Positions 30,860 to 41,861 of a DNA stretch of 64,000 bases are shown here, one piece after another. Within the stretch, counting starts at the first letter, position 1, and every line of letters starts with the position of its first letter. Source of the DNA: a virus (taxonomy: Duplodnaviria; Heunggongvirae; Uroviricota; Caudoviricetes); the IMG/VR virus record IMGVR_UViG_3300039159_000198. One strand, 5' to 3'. The position numbers and the translations under genes were made by a program. The notes beneath the pieces are model-generated. The model ran no database searches and was not told the DNA's origin. It worked only from the letters and a program-made list of their open reading frames with translations.

Positions 30860-31144
30860 TTATTTGATTTTACCTAATTCTTGTAATACTGTTATTTTTG
30901 AAACCGCAGCAGATAATGAACTGTCGGATTTTCTTAATTGAACGGTAAGGTTATCAACCTTAACTTCTAAAGTCTCAATTTTTTTATTTTGGTTATATTG
31001 AATTTCTTGGTTTGATAATTTAATGTCAACATATAGATACCCAATTGCGATTAGGACAATGAATAATAATCCCTTTACAGGGTCTTTTGAAAATTCTTTA
31101 AAGTTTATTGGAGGTTTAATTGTGCCCACTGCTGAGTCAACCAC
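30860..31144 (-). CDS. membrane-anchored coiled-coil protein
   Basis: TM helix LLFIVLIAIGYLYV followed by coiled-coil sequence. Confidence 0.4.
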   Translation of the reverse strand: MVDSAVGTIKPPINFKEFSKDPVKGLLFIVLIAIGYLYVDIKLSNQEIQYNQNKKIETLEVKVDNLTVQLRKSDSSLSAAVSKITVLQELGKIK

Positions 31145-31327
31145 TGTTTTTTTTTTGTTGCCATTTTTTTTTGTTTTTAAAAGGTTATAAGGATAGGCTA
31201 ATTCATAAAAAAAAATAATTTTACGGATAGTATCTTGGTATTAATAAATACCAACAAACTTCATTAATTAAGTGGAATTTGGTAAAATATTGATAAAAAA
31301 AATACCCACCGATTGGTGGGTATTTTT

Positions 31328-32374
31328 TTATGTGGTTGGTATTGGTTGAGGTTCCACTAATTGAGGGTGAAATCTTTCCTGAATTCTATTGGATAAGTTA
31401 GGTACCAATTGAATTATAGGTCTATCAATTTCTTCTAAATCTTCCATTACATCATCGTGCTCGTATTCAATTTCGGATGGTTGAGATTCTGAGTTGTCAT
31501 AACTCTTTTTTCTATTACAGTCCAAACGTACTTGTTGTATAATTTCATCAGAACAAAAATCTTGATTGGTTTTATCCGATTTTAAGATTTTCATAACTAC
31601 TTTATACATATAGTCATCAATTTCTAATTCTAAAGAATCAACTCTAGTGTCTGAAGAATCCCAAAAACTTAATTCTCGTTCATTATCAAGAGATTTAAAA
31701 GAGGCAAATTTTAACCCTGTTATTTTATTAATAAAATAAACTAAAATCCCTCTTTCCCAATATCGTTTAAAATAATGTCTATCTCTTTTATATGTGGTAC
31801 ACCATTTGGTTGCGGAACCGTACTTTGATGACGACTCAAAAGTTAAAGGTCTTAAAACCAACCAAGTATTATCTTCATACTCTTTATGAATTTGAAGTTT
31901 CATCTCTTTTTCCGTTTGTTTTAGGGTTGCCAATGACACTGAAGACCTAAGTTCATCAATACTCTTATATGATGTAACATCTTTATTTGATATTAATCCT
32001 TTCTCGTTAAAATTACGAAAAGAAAGGAAATCACGAACATCATCCGTATCAAAATTATCAAAAAAGTGATGATAAATAAAAAGTTCATTATTTGGAATAT
32101 TCTCATAATTAAACCCAAGATAATCCATTCTTTCTTTTACATGAATTAATTCACTTTTAAATGTTTCTGTACCAAATCGTTTGTCAAAGTCATATTTATT
32201 TCCAAAAAGTTTACAAAGTAATGGTAAATATTTATTTGTATTTGTATTATCCATTTTTGTAAATAAATCCATCACCGTAATGTTTAATTCCGGATGTTGA
32301 TTTTTAAGTTCTGTTATTTTTGACATAATTTTTTGTTTTTCTTTAATTATACTTTTTTTAGGTTGATTAGTCAA
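31328..32374 (-). CDS. hypothetical protein (348 aa)
   Basis: long ORF. Confidence 0.5.
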   Translation of the reverse strand: MTNQPKKSIIKEKQKIMSKITELKNQHPELNITVMDLFTKMDNTNTNKYLPLLCKLFGNKYDFDKRFGTETFKSELIHVKERMDYLGFNYENIPNNELFIYHHFFDNFDTDDVRDFLSFRNFNEKGLISNKDVTSYKSIDELRSSVSLATLKQTEKEMKLQIHKEYEDNTWLVLRPLTFESSSKYGSATKWCTTYKRDRHYFKRYWERGILVYFINKITGLKFASFKSLDNERELSFWDSSDTRVDSLELEIDDYMYKVVMKILKSDKTNQDFCSDEIIQQVRLDCNRKKSYDNSESQPSEIEYEHDDVMEDLEEIDRPIIQLVPNLSNRIQERFHPQLVEPQPIPTT

Positions 32375-32624
32375 ATTCTCTTGGAAAATGTCTCTCTAAA
32401 GTTTCCAATCTATCTTCCGCATCACATAACATAGATAACGCTTCTTCTGCGTTATTATAAAAATCTTTGGTTGAATGGTCACCAATACCAACACCTTTTT
32501 CTCCTAATAATTTTAAACTTAATAAAGCCTTTGATTTGTCAAGCTCCGCTGATAATCTTAACATTGTGTGCAAATTTTTATCCATATATTTTTTTATTTG
32601 ATAAAAATGTAGTAAATTTGTATT

Positions 32625-33050
32625 ATGAAAACAATTACCTTACTCTTATTTATAATAATTCCATTTATTGGATTTCCTCAGGACTCAGATTTAATCTATG
32701 TACCTGACCAAAACACACTTGTTGCAACCTATAACAACAACTACAACTCTATCGGACTTTATATTGGAGGATATGTAACAACGTCACTTCCTAACCCATA
32801 TATCTATACAACACCAGTTTCAAGATTAAACCGAATTGGCATTAGTTTAACCAATCACAAAATTAGTTTGATGGGTGGAGTTTTTATGGAAAATTATGTT
32901 GATAAAGTTAAATTTAAACCAGACGTATGGGTTAAAGTATATCCATTAAGAATTTTGACTAACACGGAAAAAGGGTTTGATTTTGTATTGGCAATTAACT
33001 ATATGGATAGTGTTAGATATGGTGTTGGGGTATTAATCCCATTTAACTAA
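32625..33050 (+). CDS. secreted/exported hypothetical protein
   Basis: N-terminal signal-like MKTITLLLFIIIPFIGF. Confidence 0.45.
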   Translation: MKTITLLLFIIIPFIGFPQDSDLIYVPDQNTLVATYNNNYNSIGLYIGGYVTTSLPNPYIYTTPVSRLNRIGISLTNHKISLMGGVFMENYVDKVKFKPDVWVKVYPLRILTNTEKGFDFVLAINYMDSVRYGVGVLIPFN

Positions 33051-33062
33051 TATTTATGTTAT

Positions 33063-34034
33063 ATGACAGAATTAAATCCAAAAATAATAGAGAGACTTAA
33101 CAATTATTTCTCAACCAATACGTTTAGAGTAGAACAACCGATGGGGAAAATGACACCACCAGGAGCCTTTGCAGATGTTAAAGTATTGATTACCGGAGAT
33201 AAAGAAATGACATCATCTAGAGGTCAAGAAACATATATTACATATTCTTTAATCATTCAAAATTCTAGTTCTTTGATGAATCATCTAACTAAAATGTTTA
33301 TGAATGGTAATCAAGAAATTGATATTGATAGTAGAGATATGTCTTTCTATCTTTTATCAAACCGAGTTGACGAACAATTAAATAAATTTTTAAAGTATTT
33401 TAGTGTGGAAAACCCGGTGATATGTACAAAAGTAATTGATGAAACTAATAGTAATTTAAACGAAAATATTATAATGAAAGATAAATTAAACGATTTAACT
33501 AAAGTATTAGTTGAAGACATTTTTAAAATTTTAGATACTGAAAAGGTTGGTAACTTTACACTACCTGAAGATTTAGATTCTGGGGAAATGATTTATAGTC
33601 ATCCAAGAATCGAAGGGTATACCGTTAATCTCCATTTAAGTTTAGACGAAAATGTTGAAAGTTTTGAGGTTGATGGTGATTTAAGATATGGTGATAACAC
33701 AATTAATGTATATGTGGTATCAAACCCTAATATGAATGAAGAATCAATACAGGAGTTAAATGAAGAGTTAAATGAGGTTGTTAGACATGAGTTAGAACAT
33801 GTTAAACAGTGTGATAATAACCTTCGTAGAACTAAAGAACCTAAAGACCCTGAAAAGTACTATACTCAACAAAAAGAATTGGAAGCTCAAAGAGCTGGTT
33901 TTAGGATGAGACCATTAAAAGAAAACGTCACTTATGAATCGTTGATTCGAAAATGGTTTAAAAAATATCACCATAGACATACCTTAACGTTAGAACAACA
34001 AGAAAGAGTTATTCAAAAAATTCTTTCTGAGTGA
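33063..34034 (+). CDS. hypothetical protein with HExxH motif (VRHELEHVKQ)
   Basis: long ORF. Confidence 0.5.
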   Translation: MTELNPKIIERLNNYFSTNTFRVEQPMGKMTPPGAFADVKVLITGDKEMTSSRGQETYITYSLIIQNSSSLMNHLTKMFMNGNQEIDIDSRDMSFYLLSNRVDEQLNKFLKYFSVENPVICTKVIDETNSNLNENIIMKDKLNDLTKVLVEDIFKILDTEKVGNFTLPEDLDSGEMIYSHPRIEGYTVNLHLSLDENVESFEVDGDLRYGDNTINVYVVSNPNMNEESIQELNEELNEVVRHELEHVKQCDNNLRRTKEPKDPEKYYTQQKELEAQRAGFRMRPLKENVTYESLIRKWFKKYHHRHTLTLEQQERVIQKILSE

Positions 34035-34038
34035 TAAT

Positions 34039-34659
34039 TTATCTAAATTTTTTTAATATTTTTCTAATGGTTACGGTTAATGCTTGACCACTTAGGGCGA
34101 TAACTCCAGATGCTAGTAATCTTTCGGTGATTTGTAATGCCGATTGTCGTAAATTTGTTGAAGATTCCGCGATAGAAAAAATATCAAAGATAATTGGTAC
34201 TAAAAAACTATAGGCGGCAACCTCAATTAATGAACCAATTGTTATATTAATTGAACTTAAGAAACTAACAAACGCAGATTTTAACTCGTTACCTTTGGAT
34301 AGGATTTCTTCAAATTGAGGAAAAATACCTTCTTCTTTTATTTTTTCCATTAGTTTGGAAATACCTCTTTTATTTTCAAAAAACAATAGTGAGGCAACTG
34401 CGGCAATAATTAAAGTTTGTTGGTTATCATTCAAATCGAAATTACCGGTTTTAATGAATTCGTCTAAGGGCATCATTAACCCCCCTACGGATGTTCCCCA
34501 AGTTAATAACATCTTAAGGTTTAACCCGTAAATTGTTTTTAATCTATTGACAATATTTTCCGTAAATGAATACAATGTTTTCATGTCTTCAGTCATTTTA
34601 GATTTGTCTTGTTCTGTTAAAATTGTCTTTAGTTGAGACTCTGTTATTAAAAATTCCAT
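34039..34659 (-). CDS. hypothetical protein, ITE-leader family (MEFLITESQLKTIL); hydrophobic C-terminal half
   Basis: leader motif. The hydrophobic C-terminal half has a glycine-zipper-like segment. Confidence 0.5.
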   Translation of the reverse strand: MEFLITESQLKTILTEQDKSKMTEDMKTLYSFTENIVNRLKTIYGLNLKMLLTWGTSVGGLMMPLDEFIKTGNFDLNDNQQTLIIAAVASLLFFENKRGISKLMEKIKEEGIFPQFEEILSKGNELKSAFVSFLSSINITIGSLIEVAAYSFLVPIIFDIFSIAESSTNLRQSALQITERLLASGVIALSGQALTVTIRKILKKFR

Positions 34660-34688
34660 ATTTATAAGTATATTAACTATTTATAAAT

Positions 34689-35288
34689 ATGAAACAAAAG
34701 ATAAATCCCAAATTAAATATTGGAGATAAAATTATGTGTTGGTACATGGATGGGGAAACTTCAGTTCCTCCGGGTACTACGGGTACTGTAACTGAAGTAC
34801 TAAGAGACCCATTTGATGATGGACGTATGATTAGCGTTAAATGGGATAATGGAAGTAATTTATCAATGATTAGTACTATCGATATTTGGAAAAAAGTCAA
34901 GGAAGAACAAATAGATGAACAAACCGGAAGCGCCCCATATGATTTCTATTCCAAAAATCCTGATATATTTGATAATTTTGACTGGCGTTTTTTTAGAAAA
35001 TATTTGGATTTAGTTAGGGAAACGGGTGTAGTCAATGTTTTACATTCCGCACCTCTTCTTTATTCGGGTAAACAACATATTGACCGATATTATGGTGAGG
35101 AAGCGTCAAATCCTGAGGCTTTTGAAGAATTATTGAATATTGCGGATGAATCAAGAAATAAAATGGCCCAAGGTGTTATGAGTTGGATGGACTCTAAAGG
35201 TCAAGAAACTGAATTAGATAGGGTTAATCGTAATTTAAGAAAATTATCCACACAGATAGTTCAAATGTGGATAAAGTTCTATAATTAA
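34689..35288 (+). CDS. hypothetical protein
   Basis: ORF. Confidence 0.5.
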   Translation: MKQKINPKLNIGDKIMCWYMDGETSVPPGTTGTVTEVLRDPFDDGRMISVKWDNGSNLSMISTIDIWKKVKEEQIDEQTGSAPYDFYSKNPDIFDNFDWRFFRKYLDLVRETGVVNVLHSAPLLYSGKQHIDRYYGEEASNPEAFEELLNIADESRNKMAQGVMSWMDSKGQETELDRVNRNLRKLSTQIVQMWIKFYN

Positions 35289-35638
35289 AGTTGTTTAATT
35301 TTTCTTTTTGGTGTTGGTTCATAATAATCATTATCAAAATCCGGCACTATTTCAGGAGTAAACTCTAAACCAGTTTCAAAATTATTCACAAACCATAGTT
35401 TGTGTCGTTCTTCGTATGTTAATTCTTCACAAGAGTTTTCACCCCACCTTTGATAGAATTCGTCATCAACCAATAACTTATAAATAAATTGGTCTTCATT
35501 CCACATTAAATCCGGGTCACCTTCGGAGGTTTCCAAGAATTTGGTGAATAAAATGTGCAGGTTAAGATTGATTTTATACTTCATCAGATTCCTCGTCATT
35601 AAAATCAATATATTGACCCTCTTCAACTTTACTATCAA
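35285..35638 (-). CDS. hypothetical protein
   Basis: ORF. Confidence 0.4.
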   Translation of the reverse strand: MIVKLKRVNILILMTRNLMKYKINLNLHILFTKFLETSEGDPDLMWNEDQFIYKLLVDDEFYQRWGENSCEELTYEERHKLWFVNNFETGLEFTPEIVPDFDNDYYEPTPKRKIKQL

Positions 35639-35807
35639 TGTATTCTCTAAGTTCTTTCATATATTGTAAGAACCCCAATCTCAACCGGTGAAATTCTGCA
35701 TCTTCAATTTTATCCCAATGACTATAACTTTCAAAGCAATAGTCAAACCCTTCTTCGTCCATTCTATATTGGACTGATTCCCATAATTCTAATTCGTCTT
35801 CTGTCAT
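35574..35807 (-). CDS. hypothetical acidic protein
   Basis: ORF. Confidence 0.35.
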   Translation of the reverse strand: MTEDELELWESVQYRMDEEGFDYCFESYSHWDKIEDAEFHRLRLGFLQYMKELREYIDSKVEEGQYIDFNDEESDEV

Positions 35808-36241
35808 TTTTTTAATTTATTTTTTAATATGTTAAATGTTTTTCTACCCCCAATCAAATCTTTTGTTTTTGGTAATATTCTTATATCATCACTATTAGTA
35901 AATTTTGTAACTTCAATATCTAAATCCGAAATCAAATTAACTATATCTCCTTTATGGTCATTGTGAATATCCACCCACGGATAAGGTAGACCCCGATTTT
36001 TATGACCCCAACAAGATGCAGTTGTTCCTATATTACGATAATTTAATAATACAACTAATTCCCTAACACCTTTATCTATGGTCATCCCTAAAACATCTGT
36101 AATTGTTTTTGATTTTTCATCTATATTGTTATAACGAGTTTTATCCATTTTGTTCTTCATAAATTTTATAATCAAAATACCAAGGTTGGTCAGGACCTTC
36201 GTTTTTAACAATTTCATCTGCAGCATTCTTTGCATCCTCAT
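35804..36241 (-). CDS. hypothetical protein
   Basis: ORF. Confidence 0.4.
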   Translation of the reverse strand: MRMQRMLQMKLLKTKVLTNLGILIIKFMKNKMDKTRYNNIDEKSKTITDVLGMTIDKGVRELVVLLNYRNIGTTASCWGHKNRGLPYPWVDIHNDHKGDIVNLISDLDIEVTKFTNSDDIRILPKTKDLIGGRKTFNILKNKLKK

Positions 36242-36504
36242 AACTATAATAGGATTCCAAAAAATGACGGGAATCAGTATTAATAAATGGTTCCCTGTGA
36301 CTATTTCTCCAAACTATAATATACATTACTCAACTATTTTATTTGATTCGTCATTGTTTAATATCTCAGAGTTAAATTTAGTTAACATATATTGTACTCC
36401 GTCTATTTCAACTAAAAACCTAAAATATGTTATAGGAACGTTTGTTGAAAAAATTTCTTCCGATACACCGGTTGGGTCTAAACTACTTATTTTGATTTCC
36501 ATAA

Positions 36505-36936
36505 TTACTCAACAATTTTATCTGAATTGTTATCAATCTCTTTCATTTTTCCAACCAATTTTTCAAGACCTGAAAACATTTGATTTTGTTTATCCTTATA
36601 CATCTGTCTCATATCTTCCTGTCTACCGTCACTGATAAAAGTTTTACTAACCAATTTCTCAACTTTGTTAATTAACTTTCCTTTGATACTCATCGGTGAT
36701 GATTCAATTGGAATGAAGATTATTTGTTCCAATTCATATTTATCAAATTTCAATTTGAATTTAACCGAACGGGTGTATTTCTCAATAACCTCCAACTCAA
36801 CATTCAGATAAACGGTTGGACCTAATTTAGCCCAATACATTTTCCCATCTTCTTCAGGTCTCGGTAGTTGAACCCTGACGTTAGAACCAATAATATTCTC
36901 CAACATAAAATCTATATATTTTTCTCTAATACTCAT
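36505..36936 (-). CDS. hypothetical protein
   Basis: ORF. Confidence 0.45.
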   Translation of the reverse strand: MSIREKYIDFMLENIIGSNVRVQLPRPEEDGKMYWAKLGPTVYLNVELEVIEKYTRSVKFKLKFDKYELEQIIFIPIESSPMSIKGKLINKVEKLVSKTFISDGRQEDMRQMYKDKQNQMFSGLEKLVGKMKEIDNNSDKIVE

Positions 36937-37307
36937 TTTAATTGTGTTTTTTTTTTGTAACTAAAAGATAGGCATTCTCAATTGATGTGTTGATATCTAT
37001 TGAACTATTTTCTTCTTTAATTTTTTTGGACAAATCCAAAACTTCTTTTCTTATTTTTAACTTTTCCGCCTCAATAAGCATTTCGTAAACAAATTCCTCG
37101 TTTGTCATTTTTTATTATTTTTATGGTTAATATATTCGTTTAATATAATATCTGATTTATCAGACAAGTAATCTTTCTTGGTTAACCACGAAATTAGTTC
37201 TGTCTCACCTAAAATATAGGAATCTGTCATTGATTTAATAACAGATTCCTCATCTAAAAAAGAATAATGGGGAATGTTTGATTCGTATATAACTTCTAAT
37301 TTTTCTC

Positions 37308-38387
37308 TCATAATTCTTCGTCTTTATTCCAAAATGGCTTACTATATGTTGGTCGTATTTGTTCCCAAATGTACGAAGAATAATCTTTCTTATCGAACAT
37401 TTTGAATAATATTGGTTGAAGGTGGTTATCTTGTTTTAATACCCACTCTGCAAACACTTTTCTATCGGTTACTGGTTCTTTATCATTATATTTCCCATAC
37501 ATGGACCCATCAAATAATTTACCAGCGTATTCTCCATATTGAAAATACCCATACCTTAAGTCTCTAACAACCCCTTTTATCCATTTGTCAAATTCATCTG
37601 GAACATTTTCCAAATAACCTGAGATGTCTTCACCATTTTTTAGTGTCTCCCAAACAGAAACATTTGAAAATCCGGTTAGGATTCTATGAAGACGAACATA
37701 CTCTTTTCCTTTTATCTTCATTCTAAACCCATTTCTAAATCTAATGACAAAACCTTCTTGGTTTTTCTTAATGATTGATTTAAGGGTCTTATAATCGTCA
37801 ATACCGTCATATCGTTTAACAACAGGAAATCCGGTTGCCTCGCAAATTTGAACAACTGATGAGTAATCAAATTCTTTACCCGAAACTTTACTAACCATAG
37901 ATAGAACAACCAACTTTTCTTCATTGTCATAATCTAAAACAATACGATTTTCAGGATAAATAATTTCAACTAATATACTATACCCTTTTGGTAATGGTTG
38001 AATGTCGTATTTGGATAATAACTCTCTACCTTTTATTGATTGCTCTGAAGTGAATGAACCTTTACTTGCGAAAACCCAATTCCCTTCATACCAAAATAAT
38101 ATCCCCAAAGAACCATCCATTTTTTCAAACACTTCAAACGACTCAGTTGGTATTTCCTCTTGAGTATGTTCTTCCATATTGAAAAACTTATCAAATGATT
38201 TTGCAACAACATTTCCGTCATTATCCAATACCAGCCCACGGCACATTTTAGTTATTTCATCCCATTTACCCTCATATTGAGTTTTTCTTGAATAATTGTA
38301 TATTGCAATTGGCAGGGTTGGATGAGAGTTTTTCTCAATCAAACCGTCAGTTACGTACTTGTCTATAATTTTTATGTCTATTGTCAT
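37308..38387 (-). CDS. T4 Rnl1-like RNA ligase
   Basis: motif I FEKMDGSLGILFW (KxDGSL as in T4 Rnl1 K99) and overall length ~360 aa. Confidence 0.7.
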   Translation of the reverse strand: MTIDIKIIDKYVTDGLIEKNSHPTLPIAIYNYSRKTQYEGKWDEITKMCRGLVLDNDGNVVAKSFDKFFNMEEHTQEEIPTESFEVFEKMDGSLGILFWYEGNWVFASKGSFTSEQSIKGRELLSKYDIQPLPKGYSILVEIIYPENRIVLDYDNEEKLVVLSMVSKVSGKEFDYSSVVQICEATGFPVVKRYDGIDDYKTLKSIIKKNQEGFVIRFRNGFRMKIKGKEYVRLHRILTGFSNVSVWETLKNGEDISGYLENVPDEFDKWIKGVVRDLRYGYFQYGEYAGKLFDGSMYGKYNDKEPVTDRKVFAEWVLKQDNHLQPILFKMFDKKDYSSYIWEQIRPTYSKPFWNKDEEL

Positions 38388-38617
38388 GATTTCTTTAATA
38401 ATCCGATATAATGTCCAAATATCTTAATTGTTTTTTTATGTCTGTATCTAATTGAAAATGGAACCCATCCGGAGTTAAGTGGTACCCCAAATACACCCCG
38501 CCCAAATATACGGAACCACCATAATTTTTTGCCCTTGTAATAATAAAAAATCTTCATGGTACAAATATAAAAAAAAAATCCTCAATAAATGAGGATTTTT
38601 AAATAATTTATTTTTTA

Positions 38618-39472
38618 TTATTTTAGACCGTATAACACTTGAGTATTGGTTCCCAACTGAGTTATTGGGACATTACCTCTCCATTTTTCAATCCATTGTT
38701 GTTGTAACAACATAGGTGTTAATGTTTGTTGTCTTAATCTGTTAGATTCCGCTTCGGCTCTTGCGTTTGCTAATAACGCTTCGGCATTACCATTAGCCGT
38801 CGCCACTTTAATTTTCGCCTCGGCCTCGGCTTGTTTAACTCTATTCTCAGCCATTAATGCCGATTGAACTGCGTTGTTCTTAGCGTTGATTGCTTTCTTG
38901 AATGAATCCGGATAGATTAGATTTGATGTGAACTGATTTAACACAAATCCTTCCTTATCTAATTGTACTATTAAGATTCTTCTAACCTCAATCTCAAATA
39001 TCTCTCTATTTGAAATCAAACCATCTGCGGTATATTTGTTCGCTGCCAATCTAAAGGCATCATACACTGCGGTTTTTAAGAATCCTTCTTCAATTTCAGG
39101 TAAACTTCTTCTATATTTGGCGAAGATTGTTGGAACCTTTTCTCGTTTAACAGAATAATTCATGATTGGAGATACACTAAACTCAGACCCATCTTTTGAA
39201 TTCACAATAAATGAATTGTCTGTACTACTATCTTTATCCAATTTATATTCTTTATGTTGAATATACGTTGGAAATTCATAAATCTTGGTACTAATTGGGT
39301 TATAAAACACAATACCCGTACATTCCGTAACATCATCAACTCCTTTACCTGAACCATAAAGATTCACTTTAACCCCCACGTGACCTGCATCAATACGTTC
39401 ACAAGAATTCGCCAAGAAAAAACTTACTAACATTAAAACCACGAAACCTAATACAAACTTACCTCTACTCAT
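38618..39472 (-). CDS. SPFH/band-7 (prohibitin/stomatin-like) membrane protein
   Basis: N-terminal TM helix and a C-terminal Ala/Glu-rich coiled-coil AENRVKQAEAEAKIKVATANGNAEALLANARAEAE typical of band-7 proteins. Confidence 0.8.
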   Translation of the reverse strand: MSRGKFVLGFVVLMLVSFFLANSCERIDAGHVGVKVNLYGSGKGVDDVTECTGIVFYNPISTKIYEFPTYIQHKEYKLDKDSSTDNSFIVNSKDGSEFSVSPIMNYSVKREKVPTIFAKYRRSLPEIEEGFLKTAVYDAFRLAANKYTADGLISNREIFEIEVRRILIVQLDKEGFVLNQFTSNLIYPDSFKKAINAKNNAVQSALMAENRVKQAEAEAKIKVATANGNAEALLANARAEAESNRLRQQTLTPMLLQQQWIEKWRGNVPITQLGTNTQVLYGLK

Positions 39473-39506
39473 TTTTTTTTACTTTTTTTTTTATAAATTA
39501 CTTTTT

Positions 39507-39737
39507 TTAATCTTTTTTTTCCTCATTACTAAACACACTTTTCATATTTTTAAGGAACATAACGATGTTATCCTTAAAATAAAATATAGGACCCATAGTG
39601 ATTAACCCTAATATTAATAAACCCAAGTAGAACACATATGTATCACTGACGTTCATTAAATCAAATGATAAATTAACCATTTCAATCCAAAAAAATGTTA
39701 TAATAAAAGCCGTTAAAAATATTAAAATTTTCTTCAT
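39507..39737 (-). CDS. small membrane protein upstream of the SPFH gene (NfeD-like partner?)
   Basis: 2 TM helices, located immediately 5' of the SPFH gene on the same strand. Confidence 0.35.
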   Translation of the reverse strand: MKKILIFLTAFIITFFWIEMVNLSFDLMNVSDTYVFYLGLLILGLITMGPIFYFKDNIVMFLKNMKSVFSNEEKKD

Positions 39738-40202
39738 ATTATTTTTGAATTATCATGTTTGTGTTTGCGACAGGAACTCTCATCACAGGAATTGCTGAAT
39801 TACTTTCTTCACTAGTTTTTTGCATTACCTCATAAAACCCATCTTGGTATTTTACAGTAGAAACATTATCAAATGTCTCTAGTGTGTTTGACTCTCCTCT
39901 TGGTCCTGACAACAACTGAGCTCTTTTTAGTGTTGTGTAAAAAATTAATGTTTGCATATTTGTTTGTTTTTTATTTTTACAAAAATAGTTGTTTTATTTT
40001 ACTATCCAAACTTATTTCAAGGTTATTTTTATTTCCAACACACTGAAACTTTGGATTATCATCCCATAACATTCCTCTCTTTTCAGGAGGAACCATATGA
40101 CAATTATGTTTTTTGTTATGTTTTATGGAATGACCAATTATTTTATCATTCCAATCATTTCTAACCGACCAAGGGCATTCTTTACAAGTATTTTGACACA
40201 TA

Positions 40203-40829
40203 TTACCCAACAACCCCCTTTAATTCATCCGTGTGATGGTCAAATAACATATCTGACATAATATCACGTTTATCCATCATTCTTATGATTTCGTCCATAT
40301 TATATACACCAAACATTGGATGACCATCCATACCAACATCCATTTTCTTACCTCTACCAAATCTTAAATTTGTCGGGAGATGCACGTGCCCGTGGAGATG
40401 GATATGTCCTTTATTTAACCCATCGTAAGAGGCGATTGGATAGTGAAATAACACAAATGTTTTATTTTTATATAAAACCCTCGTATAATGATTGACACTT
40501 GAGAATAATTCCTGAACGTTGTCCCGGTTATTCTCCACATGATGGTCGTGATTCCCAAGAATTAAATGAATTTCTTTACATATAATTCTATCTCTAAACT
40601 TTTGAATGTTTTCAGCACCCCCGAAGCTCCAATCCCCAAGATGAATTAACACATCGTCTTGTCCAACAACACTATTAATGTTATTGACAATTGTGTTATT
40701 CATTTGTTCTATTGTTTGAAAATCTCTTGTTTCGTCAATAGGAATACTACCATCAGGTAGTCTCCAAGATGTTACTCCACGGCAAATATTTTTATGTCCG
40801 TAGTGAGTTAAGTATCCGAGGTAATCCAC
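40203..40829 (-). CDS. calcineurin-like metallophosphoesterase
   Basis: LGDWSFGG, GNHDHH and HGHVH metallophosphoesterase motifs. Confidence 0.75.
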   Translation of the reverse strand: MDYLGYLTHYGHKNICRGVTSWRLPDGSIPIDETRDFQTIEQMNNTIVNNINSVVGQDDVLIHLGDWSFGGAENIQKFRDRIICKEIHLILGNHDHHVENNRDNVQELFSSVNHYTRVLYKNKTFVLFHYPIASYDGLNKGHIHLHGHVHLPTNLRFGRGKKMDVGMDGHPMFGVYNMDEIIRMMDKRDIMSDMLFDHHTDELKGVVG

Positions 40830-40862
40830 ACTTTACGTGCAGAACCCTCGGATGTAGTAGTT

Positions 40863-41798
40863 TTAATTTTTAACATATTTATTATTTTTTAATTTATTAA
40901 TGTATTTTTCTTTATCATATCTGAGACCATTATTATAATCATCAATTAATTTTTCACATAATGATTGTTCAAAATAATAACCATTCCAATTAATAATTCT
41001 ATTAAACAAATCTAACAATTTGATATCACTATCATCATTTTTTAGCGATTTTTTAATATTATCACTGTGAGTAATAATTTGACAATTGGCGGGATGTCTA
41101 ATTATTTCAGGGAAAACTTCTAAAACAAATCCGTTTTTTCTACCAAAAATATGGTCTCTAACATATGAGTTTTTATTCCTATTATTCTTATCGTATAATT
41201 TACCGATTTTTAATTTATCAATCCCGATTGTGTTTTCGTTTATTACTTGTCCAAACCAATTAGACATATCACGATAAAAACGATATTCATTTTTCTTATT
41301 TAGTGGAATCCAAACACCTCGTTCCTCATTTATAACCCTCATTTTTTGTTTATATTCATCAGTAAATTTAAGAGAAGATTTATAACCAATTTTTTGTTTA
41401 GTTTCTTCACTCATTTCCGGTTTAATATACCCATTTAATCTTTTTAAATCATTAGTTTTTTTTCTTTTAAGTTTGGATTCTTCAGAAACTTTTTTACCCT
41501 TCATCCCTTTTGAACAATTTAGTCTATAGTTTTCATCAACTCTTGATTTTATGATTTTAGATACTTTTTCTTTTAGTTCATTAGGCCATTTATTACCATA
41601 ATTTGGATTACCTTCCCCGTGTAATTTACATTGTTTACACTTAAATGTATTTAAATCTAATTTATAAAAATATGTGGGTATAAATGAACATTCTTTACCA
41701 CATTTATTACACTTAATTAAATGTTTTTTACGATGGCATTCGTGACATATTATTTTTGATTTACCTGATAATTTTTTTTTACATATTTGACATTCCAT
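40863..41798 (-). CDS. zinc-ribbon protein with C-terminal HNH-like nuclease motif
   Basis: N-terminal CxxC pairs (CQICKK...CHECHRKKHLIKCNKCGKEC) and C-terminal DHIFGRKN...HPANCQIITHSDN. Confidence 0.45.
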   Translation of the reverse strand: MECQICKKKLSGKSKIICHECHRKKHLIKCNKCGKECSFIPTYFYKLDLNTFKCKQCKLHGEGNPNYGNKWPNELKEKVSKIIKSRVDENYRLNCSKGMKGKKVSEESKLKRKKTNDLKRLNGYIKPEMSEETKQKIGYKSSLKFTDEYKQKMRVINEERGVWIPLNKKNEYRFYRDMSNWFGQVINENTIGIDKLKIGKLYDKNNRNKNSYVRDHIFGRKNGFVLEVFPEIIRHPANCQIITHSDNIKKSLKNDDSDIKLLDLFNRIINWNGYYFEQSLCEKLIDDYNNGLRYDKEKYINKLKNNKYVKN

Positions 41799-41861
41799 AA
41801 TAATATTTTTTATATAAAAATATAAGGTTATGGTAAAAGTCAGTGTCAGTTGTAAATAATC

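Noticed and set aside
36150-36635. Plus-strand ORF 36150..36635 (161 aa)
   Set aside because: It lies antisense to two minus-strand genes (35804..36241 and 36141..36326 / 36505..36936) and has low-complexity, hydrophobic AT-codon content. It is likely spurious.
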